Assembly: GCA_965112735.1 (NCBI GenBank)
Contig: OZ218956.1
Coordinates: 3,162,001-3,226,000 of the forward strand
Length of the DNA stretch: 64,000 nt
Source: Phaeosaccion multiseriatum
Lineage: Eukaryota > Protista > Ochrophyta, other classes
Direction: 5' to 3'
Shown here: positions 26,161 through 34,848 of the stretch, piece by piece
How positions within the stretch are numbered: position 1 is the stretch's first letter
Layout of the letters: each line of letters starts with the position of its first letter
Program-made: the position numbers and the translations under genes
The notes under the pieces: generated by a model
Seen by the model: the letters and a program-made list of their open reading frames with translations, nothing else
Database searches by the model: none
Told to the model about the DNA's origin: nothing

Positions 26161-27516
26161 TCAGTCCGGGCAGTTGCAGGGGTGTCCGTTGGCATGGACC
26201 CACTGCTTGATCTCCTGAAACACGTCGGGCTTGATGTCCCACTGTCTACCACTGCGCTCCTCCCCTCTCTTGATGCACTCTGGACACGAATACTTGTCCC
26301 ACGTACAGCCCACTTCTTCCGAGCGGAGCCACTGCAGCAGGGTCAGGCTCTTCCCAAAGAGCACAGCATACTGGCACAGCATCTTGTTCCAAAGGCAGAG
26401 GTCACGTGCATTAGCATGCAACCACCGCAGCGTGCCCAGCTGAGCGGTTGCAATAGCGGTATGAGCTCCGGTCTTCCACCTGCTGATCTCCCCTGTTCGC
26501 TCCCGCTCAGCCCTGACCTTGTCATTGTTCATCAGGAACTCCAGCACATTGATGCGTCCACTTCCAATAGCCTGAAGCCACACCGAGCAAGAAAATGGCG
26601 CCTTTGCGTCATCTGAGAGAAGCCACTCCAGCAGCTCGATGCCTCCCCTCCCCGCAGCAGCAGTGCAGACTTCTTCATCCCACGGGCATCTCCTGTCCTT
26701 GTCATGGGAGTCCGTGGAGCGTAGCCACTTGACGACGCTTGGGCTGTGCCGCTCGTTGGTCGTTGCTGACACGCACACGCTCTCATCCCAAGGGCAGCCC
26801 ATGTGAAAGAGAGCCTTGCACATGTCCACATCTCCATACTGAGCAGCTGCCTGGAACGTCTGGACCGAAAGTTGGTATCCTTGCCTCCGAGCCCAGTACA
26901 CGCGGTCGATAGATGCCACTATGCTCTTGAGTCTGGTCTTGGCGGCTCGTGCAACAATGTAGTAGTTCCTCCACTGCTTGCACACCGCCGCGACGAAGGC
27001 GTACTCTCCGCGTCCCACGAGCTCCATTACCTTTCCGTGCAGCTCCTTTATGGCCCACACCTTAGATTGTGCAGCATGCGACACAGCACTCACGCTCTCT
27101 CCCCTCTCCCCTCCAGCAGAGCTTACCCAAGGCAGCGTGGTATCGCTGCTGCTGCTGCTGCTACCGCTTCTATGTGATCTCTCCTCCTCGTTGCCCACGC
27201 ATGCAGCATCGTGCGTGGCACTTGGGGGGGCTGCTGACTCTTGGACCTTGAGGCGGAGAGTGAGGACCTCCTTCTCCCTCTCGAAAGCCTTCTGGTTCCG
27301 CTCCTCGTCCAGCACCTTGTCCTCCCTTTCAATCAGATATCTCTTCGCCTCCCTGAGATCTCTCTTCTCCTCCCTCAAGGCCCCGAGGTGCATCAGCAGC
27401 TCCTCCCTCCCTTCGGAAGCCGTCAAGGAGAGGTAGCAAGCTTCACCTCGCAGAGTCCGCTTTACCTCCTCTTCTTCCCTGTCCACCTTGTCAATCTTTT
27501 CGTTGATCCCATCCAT
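26161..27516 (-). CDS. Intronless protein with a coiled-coil header, an F-box-like segment and GCPWD-type divergent ankyrin repeats
   Basis: Probable ATG at 27516. Motifs AFVAAVCKQWR, GCPWDESVC, CPWDEEVCTAAAGRGG.ELLEWL, LRWLHAN, LQWLRS..VGCTWD and WVHANGHPC. Confidence 0.8.
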   Translation of the reverse strand: MDGINEKIDKVDREEEEVKRTLRGEACYLSLTASEGREELLMHLGALREEKRDLREAKRYLIEREDKVLDEERNQKAFEREKEVLTLRLKVQESAAPPSATHDAACVGNEEERSHRSGSSSSSSDTTLPWVSSAGGERGESVSAVSHAAQSKVWAIKELHGKVMELVGRGEYAFVAAVCKQWRNYYIVARAAKTRLKSIVASIDRVYWARRQGYQLSVQTFQAAAQYGDVDMCKALFHMGCPWDESVCVSATTNERHSPSVVKWLRSTDSHDKDRRCPWDEEVCTAAAGRGGIELLEWLLSDDAKAPFSCSVWLQAIGSGRINVLEFLMNNDKVRAERERTGEISRWKTGAHTAIATAQLGTLRWLHANARDLCLWNKMLCQYAVLFGKSLTLLQWLRSEEVGCTWDKYSCPECIKRGEERSGRQWDIKPDVFQEIKQWVHANGHPCNCPD

Positions 27517-27866
27517 CTTGATCTCCCCCCACTCCGCAAGTTGTTTTCTCGTCGGGAAAAGTACGCACAAGGCTCGGGTGATTATCGGGTGATGCTTGGT
27601 GCGTACAAAATTCAATATTCAACGGTTGGAATCCACCAAACAAAGATCACAGAGTGGAAACCCGCTCTATTGTTCGTATGTCACTGGGTCACCACGGAGG
27701 ATGAAGTGGGGGGCGGAAGAAAGAGGCATGTAGGGCAGGACGTAACGTCACATTCTGTGAGGGAGAAGCGGGTGAATGATAAGGCGACTCAAACCTGCCA
27801 GCCGAACTGCTGCTGCGGCAAGAGCGAACTTGGGGGGGGGGGGAGGGGGGAGGGAGGCTCCGGGAT

Positions 27867-28291
27867 CAGCCCCAGCCATGCACGCGCCTAGCGGCCTAGG
27901 CCTATTTGGGAAAATTGCCCGGCCTAGCGAGGGCCGTTTGCCCTCGGCCTATTTATATGCCGGCGCCTGGGTGGCCTAGGCGGGCCGGAGGCCCGCGGCC
28001 TAGGGCAGACGCCAACTAGGCTAGGCGGACGGTGGAAGTGCCCAGAGTACAAAGAGTAGTCAATTTCAAACTTGGTTCGTGTTGTCCTCGCTGGCCCTAC
28101 GAGGAGTGCAGGCCTACAGGTGTGCTGCTACCCACTGGCTGGGCGGCACCACGCACGCGCCCACGGTCACTGGGAGGCTGCCTAGAGGCGGGCTAGAGGC
28201 CGCCTAGGACTGAAAAGTGAGCGGCCTAGATCGACCGAAGGCCGAGCGGCCTAGCGGCCTAAAGCAAAACCGCTAGGCGTGCATGGGGCTG
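27867..28291. mobile_element. Non-autonomous DNA transposon (MITE), possibly hAT-like
   Basis: Terminal inverted repeats: left CAGCCCC(AGC)CATGCACG(CG)CCTAGCGG, right CCGCTAGGCGTGCATGGGGCTG. About ten subterminal GCCTA(G) motifs and no ORF. The flanks TCCGGGAT / AGCGGGAG match only 5 of 8. Confidence 0.8.
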
Positions 28292-28625
28292 AGCGGGAGA
28301 CTGCATTAACCACACAGAGCAGGCAGAACGCTGCCTGACGTCCATTCTATTATTTGTCTTTGATGTGTGATGCTCAAAGCCCAAAGACCTCACCTGGTGC
28401 TCCCACACAACAACACATCTCTAAGGCGCTCATCCTCATCTCACGTCCTTAGCAAAAAGGCCACCGCAGCGCCACGTAGGTACCTGCGATGGAGAAAGAG
28501 GAAAGCCCTTCCCTCTCTCCCTTCCCTTCCCTTCTCTCCTCTATCTATGCCCCCCCCGCCCCCCCGTTCTTTTCGTCTTTCGTCCTCCTTTCTGGGTCCG
28601 GGTCTGGGTGTGGGTTTGCTGTATG

Positions 28626-30424
28626 TCATACCTCCTCCTCCTCCTCCTCCAGCACTCGATCGGCGTGTGGACTGTAATACTCCACAATCTTGGGGTGAGC
28701 AGCCACCAACGCCGAGTGCTCCCTAAGCAGCGGGCATTCGTCCAACAAACTACGGCTGATAAAGTCCAGCACCCCGTTGCAGAGCCACTTCATCCTCGTG
28801 AATATGACCAAATCGCAAATGGTGATCGATTGCCCCACAAAGTAGGGGGTGCGCCCCTTCTCCAACAGGCCTTCCAAGAAGCCCAGCCACTTGGGCAGAG
28901 TGGTCTCTGAGAGTTGGTGCCGGAGCTGCTTTTTCTTGACGGGGTCTTGCTCGTAGATGGAGGGGCGAATGGCGGCTTGGATGTCCATCATACCTGCACA
29001 CACAGGGATACACCCAAGGCAAAACAGCCACACACAGATGAATATAGAGAGAGATTGGAGAGAGAGAGAGAGAGAGAGAGACCGAGAGAGAGAGAGGCCG
29101 GCATGGCCACCGGACGAACGAAAACGGGAAGGCAGGAGGAGAGGATGAAGTACTGGCCGAATGGAAGGATCGGCAGGCACTCTAAGGGCGTCCAAGCCCA
29201 CACACACACACCACCGTCCTGCGTAGACAGTTGGGTAGATAGGGATGCCCAAGGAGCACCACGACTTTTGCCCCTTGGGAGCCCGAACCGGAGGAAAAGA
29301 ACATGATTGTTCACATACTAGTAGGTAGGAAGTCTCACCTTCCATGACAGCGTCACATTGGGCAGCATCGATGAGGTCTGTGGGGTACAGCCCCCCAAGC
29401 TTGCCGGCGAAGCGGAGGATGGCGGCGCTTTGGGGTATTCTCACCCCGTCCGCTTCTAAGATTGGAAGCTGCTGAAAGGGCAGCTCTGAGGAGGAGGAGG
29501 AGGAGGAGGAGGAGGAGGAGGAGGAGGAAATGATGATGGTAGACAGATAGAAGGCAGCAGATGCGCCAGGGTGGGGAGAGAAGAGCGAAGGGGTGAGTGG
29601 AGGTCGGGTGTGGCCCAGGCACGGAAAGAGGGAGGAAATCCCCCAAGTCGTGGGTGGGACAGAGAGAGACAGGAAAGAGTCGAATAGCTCGAGTCATAGT
29701 TCCAAAGGAGGATGCAGATGGGAGGGAGTAGCAGGAGCACCATAGTTTGTAAGGAAGGCCCTCCACGATCACCCCACCTCTCCTCCCGCATACTGCTTAT
29801 CGTACCTGCTCTAATTCTCACAAACTCCTCCCTACTGACGCGTTTGTCCTGGAACGGGACTCCTCCGATGTAGAATGCGAGGCGGATGGCCTCCGCAGGG
29901 CCTGAAACGGATGCACACGGAACAAAACCGGGGAGGGGCAGCGTGGAGGGGCAGGGTGGTACAAGCCCGGTAGAAGATGGAGACGGAGGACGGGCAGAGG
30001 AACGTGATAGAGGGACAAAACAAAGTCAGTGGCTGCACTTTACGAGTTTGTATGGCTCTCCGCTACGAGTCTTACACCCCAATCACGGTCCACTCTGCAA
30101 TCACCCGTGCTAATCCCCCCCTGCTGGGAATTAGCGGGACACAGGGAGAGAGAGAGAAGGGGGGGAGAGAAAAGCGAGGGAGAAAAAGAGAGGGGGGCAG
30201 AGAGGCATAGAAAGACAGAGAGAGAAGAGAGAGGGAGAGAGCAGATAGCAGAAGAGCTCTTCCGGACACGTTGCTGTTCTCACCCATCGCAGGCCTCTTG
30301 CCGCTGCTGCTCTCCTGCTCCTGGCATGCTCTCTCCCTCGCACTCCGACTCTCACTCCCTCACCTGGGATATCAAAGTAGGTGAGCACTAATTCCTGAGG
30401 CGGAGCTCTCGGCTTCGATGTCAT
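28626..30424 (-). CDS. Glutathione S-transferase (sigma-class-like)
   Basis: Four exons in phase: LVLTYFDIP|GPAEAIRLAF.IGGVPFQDKR, LPFQQLPILE.DG...QS.AILRF.GKL.GLYP and YFVGQSITICDL. Confidence 0.93.
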
Positions 30425-30606
30425 GTCACCGCACACGGGGCCTTGGTCTTTGGCCCACCACAAGTTGAAGTAGAAAGAGACTGAAAGAAAGCAAACACCC
30501 CAACGCGATGGTCTTCAGAAAGTGCTGTCCGTCTACTTGGATAAAATACTCCTATATGTCTCAGTAAAAGAAGAGCAATGGGGGAAAAAGAGAGGTGGAG
30601 TTGTGA

Positions 30607-30652
30607 CAGTTTCAGTTTCAAGTCTTCTTCAAGGGCGCTGAAACTGAAACTG
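30607..30652. promoter_or_regulatory. Perfect 14-bp inverted repeat CAGTTTCAGTTTCA-N18-TGAAACTGAAACTG in the divergent GST / SH3-ZnF promoter
   Basis: Read directly from the sequence. Related AAACT(G/C)A motifs occur in other divergent intergenic regions. The regulatory role is inferred. Confidence 0.5.
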
Positions 30653-30728
30653 ACTTCACAAATGGCGACTTCTTTCATCGCGCCTTTTGTGGGCGCTTTT
30701 GCCACATTATGGATCTCCCACACGAAAC

Positions 30729-32585
30729 ATGCAGCAGCCAGATGAGACCGGGTGCTTCGTGTACCAGATTGTGGGCCCAAGGGCCCTTGGCCTCCGGAAT
30801 GTTCCCAGCGTTGCGAGAGAAGCAATGAAAGACCCAATATACCCATTCGCTCCCCGCTCCCTCTTTTCCGTGGATCTCGTGCGACATTCCCGTGATGGCC
30901 AGCGTGGGAATGGTCCATTCTTGCGCCTATCAGACGCATCTGGGTGGCTCTTTGAACGGGAGACTTCGTTGGGCCTTTGTGCCAAGAGAATGCCTGTGGA
31001 GGACGGCTTATGGACCTTTTATGTGGACAACTATCCTATTGGATTGGCCCTCCGAGCTCACCCACTCGACGAGCAGACTGCGCGTGCGAAGCCTGAAACA
31101 TTGTTCATGCCCATGCAAAAGATTTTCTGTGATAAAAAGGTGTGCGACCCAACAACAAACGTGAACTTCTATAGAGTGCAGGGCACGGAGGGCTGGGTAT
31201 TCGACTCCCGAGGCGATGACTTGCTGCTTCTACCCGAGAGCAGGGTTCGCTGTGGATTGTTTGCGTACAGGGCTCTATGTCCCGTTGGGATTCGATGCAA
31301 TAACACGACAGAAGAGGTTGATAAGACCAGCAGAAGCGTTGGAGTAGGTGACATCGTCGTGGGGGACTGTGTGTGCGAGAGGCCTGAGAGTAAGGGAAGC
31401 GGTCCATTTGTGAGGCTCACTGACGGCTCAGGGTGGCTTTTCGAGAACAAGGCCAACGAGTCAATGCTGGAAAGGCTTCAAATTCAAGCTGGGAGCTGGG
31501 AGCTCACGGTGATGAATGCCCCGGCAGGCATTGGCTTGCGCAGACAGCCTATTGATCAGCCGGATGACTTCCTAGGGGTGAAGTATGATCCCAACCAGCG
31601 GGTGGTATGCGACAAGAAAATCGCATCTCCGTGTGGGGTCAACTTTTACCGTGTGAAGGACACGGAGGGGTGGGTTTTCGATAAAAGGAGAGTGGGCGGC
31701 ACTGACACGGAGATGATGAGGCTGATTCGCGGAGGCGAAGAAATTAGGCCATCCTACCCGGCAGCAGCAGTGGCAAACGGATGGAGCCCAGACTACATTC
31801 GAGGCATGGTGGCAGGGATGGATGGAGACTTCACTGAGATTGGGCATGTGCCGGAGAGTCGGGTCATTTCTTTTCGTTCCAGTGAGAGCGGAGGAGGCGG
31901 AGGAGGAGCAGTGCGCATCAATGTGTACTACTCCACCCGGACGGTCGGCACTGCCATGGAGCACCCCTCTCAGGGAAAGACCCAGCTCTTTCGGCGCAAT
32001 TGCTCTGCGCGAGAGCTTGCAGATATCTTCCAAAACCCTCGAACCCACACAGGGAAGGGGTACCAGCAGCGAAAGCGGGACTGGCAAGGCCGGATCGTAC
32101 ACACGCCACAAGGCGCTGGCGTCCTGGTGGAGGAGGAAGAGTCTTTGCGACACTCGCTGGTGGAGTGCGAGGAAGAGCTGGAGAGGGTCAAGAGGAGGAG
32201 GCGCAGTCTGTTGCTGTCCGTCAAGTTCTTCGACGACGAGCGAGCCCGACAGGCCAAGGCACAGCAAGACAAGATACAAGCATGCGACAAGGAGCGCCAA
32301 GAGGAGAAGAGACAGTTGGCACAGCAGGCGCAGATTGAGCAAGCGGCAAGAGAGGCCGAGGCGCGAAGGAAACGCCAGGCTTCGACCTGCGACATTTGTC
32401 ATCGAGTTTTTGGCAATGCGAACGCAAAGAGGCAGCATCGCAGAGACGTGCACGAAGTGGCATGTCCCCATTGTGCACAAAGGTTCTCTTCCGCCCATGC
32501 CTTGACCCAGCATCGCAATGCCAGGGGCCATTGGGACCCGGAGCCGCAGCAAGGGTATTCAAGCTCATCATCAGACAGTTGGTGA
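30729..32585 (+). CDS. Intronless multidomain protein: four SH3b-like beta repeats, an uncharacterised HP.QGKTQLFRR...HTGKGY domain, a coiled coil and two C2H2 zinc fingers
   Basis: Probable ATG at 30729. Repeats end in F.RL.D.SGWLFE or FYRV..TEGWVFD. Zinc fingers CDIC...H...H and CPHC...H...H. Confidence 0.8.
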   Translation: MQQPDETGCFVYQIVGPRALGLRNVPSVAREAMKDPIYPFAPRSLFSVDLVRHSRDGQRGNGPFLRLSDASGWLFERETSLGLCAKRMPVEDGLWTFYVDNYPIGLALRAHPLDEQTARAKPETLFMPMQKIFCDKKVCDPTTNVNFYRVQGTEGWVFDSRGDDLLLLPESRVRCGLFAYRALCPVGIRCNNTTEEVDKTSRSVGVGDIVVGDCVCERPESKGSGPFVRLTDGSGWLFENKANESMLERLQIQAGSWELTVMNAPAGIGLRRQPIDQPDDFLGVKYDPNQRVVCDKKIASPCGVNFYRVKDTEGWVFDKRRVGGTDTEMMRLIRGGEEIRPSYPAAAVANGWSPDYIRGMVAGMDGDFTEIGHVPESRVISFRSSESGGGGGGAVRINVYYSTRTVGTAMEHPSQGKTQLFRRNCSARELADIFQNPRTHTGKGYQQRKRDWQGRIVHTPQGAGVLVEEEESLRHSLVECEEELERVKRRRRSLLLSVKFFDDERARQAKAQQDKIQACDKERQEEKRQLAQQAQIEQAAREAEARRKRQASTCDICHRVFGNANAKRQHRRDVHEVACPHCAQRFSSAHALTQHRNARGHWDPEPQQGYSSSSSDSW

Positions 32586-33060
32586 AGCAGCAGAAAGGGG
32601 AAGGAGGGACGACGGGGCTTGGAGCCTTACTCCCCTGCACGGCACTGAATCTGGGCACAAGTGCGGACCCACCTGGAGAGAGACACAGAGAGAGAGGGAG
32701 GAGAGAGGGGGGGGGGTGTAGACGGACTGCTGTCGGGGAGTAGACGGGGAGGGTGAATGTACAGCAAGGCTGGCGCTGCGAATCCGAGTCCCCGGGGTCG
32801 CTCTCTGTTGTCTTGGCCGCTAAGGCGCGCGTAGTCAACCTCTCGGACGGAGGCACCGTGGCCGTGCAACGCATTGTAGAGGTCTTGTGTCATGTAAAGC
32901 GTGTGAGCCATGTAACAAAACAATCAAAGTAAATATGGTAGATCTCGGGAAGCTCGGGAAAAGGAATAGAAGGGAAAGATAAAACGTAATTACAAAATGT
33001 GTGTGCTTCTCTCTTCATGTTGAGTCTTTCTCGCCCCTCCACGAGCACAGGCTAAGCCCT

Positions 33061-34600
33061 CTACTGCTGCCGTTGCTGCCGCTCTTTGAGTCTGACCAAG
33101 TGGGCTCTCAAAGCGGATATCGTGGGCTTATGTCTGACCATCAGGTCACGCAAGTCAATAAGAGGGAAGAAGGGAAGACCGCAGAGGAGAGGGGAAGAGA
33201 GGACAGGCGATGATAGGCTACAGTCAGCAGCCGAAGAGAAGAAGGAACACATGCATCAAGCAAGGACGAGGACAGAGGTGTCTCTCCCGTCAACCTGCCC
33301 CTTTGTTGGAAGGCCACCTCTCCCCAGCAGTCATCTCCCAAACCCGTATGCCCACCACATCCACCACCCACCGTGTAACGCCATGCCCTCCTGGGTGCTT
33401 CAGATACAGGGTTCCCGGCCCCTCGCCCTCCCGGTGTCTGCCTTCTCTCACGCTGCAGCTGCTCACGCTGGAGTCTTTACCGCTACTCCTCGTGCTGTCA
33501 AAGGCTCGGAAGAAGTCCAGCAGGCCCACTGAGTCAGAGATCATGTCCTTCTCCCCGTACACGTGCAGGGTGCGGGGGAAGAGCGACGCTAACTCTTCTT
33601 CTCCCCCCACTTCGACTGACGGGTCTTCCTCGCCCGCTGCTGCTGCTGCTGCTGCCGCTGCTGCTGCTGTGGAAGCCCCTGCTCGCAAGACTTTGAGCAG
33701 CGCAGGATCTCTGGGGAGGAAGCCCGACATGAGCACAGTCAAAGCGGGTGGTGAAAGGGCCACCACAGAGGAAGACGGCCGACCTTCTGATCTCTCCCCC
33801 TCCATGGATACAGCTGCTGCTGGTGCTGCTGCTGAAGCAAGCGCTGCCACGATTTGTGGTGGTAGCGCCTGCAAAGCTTGGTCGCTGTCGCTAGTACCCG
33901 TGCTTTCATTGCTGCCAGCGGCCTGCTGCCAAAGCACAGCACTGACAACTGCCGCGAGTGCCGCCCCCTGTGAGTGGCCCAACAGCACGTCAGGCTTGTG
34001 CTCGGTGATGGCCTCGATCACACGGCACACCGCCTCCTCCCATCCCTCGTACTTCCAACTCTCTCCGCCTGACGAGGCAGGAGGAGGAGGGGAAGAGGAA
34101 GTGGAGCCTTTACTTGGCTTGTTTAATGTGGCCTTCCACCAGCCATATCGAGCGTTCCTATCTCGTTCTCCCTCAGAGTCAGGCCCGTCATTGCTGTTGG
34201 CGCCCTTCGCGAAGTTGTCCTCCCACTTGAAGGAGGGAAGGACAGGCCCCACACGGACAGGGCCATTTATACATACCAATTCGATCCGTTCCTGCAGCAA
34301 TACTCCTCCTTCATCTCTGTCCTTCTCTTCTTCATCTATTCCACTGCTGATAAAACTGAGCCTTCTCTCTAGGCTTGCTCCACTGTCGAAGTAGCCGTGA
34401 AGAGCAAGAACCTTGAGAGCCGACGGAGGTTGAGGTCCTTCTCCTCCTGCTCGTGGTTTTGCTCGTTCTTCAGCTGGGTCTCCTGCTGGTCCTCCTCCTC
34501 CTTCTACAGCTCGTAACCTGGACACCCCTGGAGCAAACGCGAAGGCGACGGAGCGCGCACAGATATACACCAGCTGAAGCCACAGTAGCAGCCGTAGCAT
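33061..34600 (-). CDS. FSH1/OVCA2-family serine hydrolase, probably plastid-targeted
   Basis: Signal peptide followed by AFAFAP. Motifs KVLALHGY, LGHSQGA nucleophile elbow, TLHVYGEKD and HPGGH. A short last exon ends at TAG 33061. Confidence 0.85.
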
Positions 34601-34848
34601 TGACAAAGGACGAATCCGGTTGCTAAACTGCGTATCAGCGCGAGCGTTATCGTGAGATGGAGAGCGCGGGGCAGGAAGGAATATAAGAAACTGAAAGTGT
34701 GAAAGTGGAGAGCGCGGGGACGTAGCTGCCTCACGTGTTGGCTCTCCATGTGTGTCACAGTTGGCATTGCGTAATCTGAGATCCCTGCCCCACATTTACA
34801 AACAGGAGCAAAGCACAGCGGAACAGTGGGAGGACGAGAGCATCCGTG

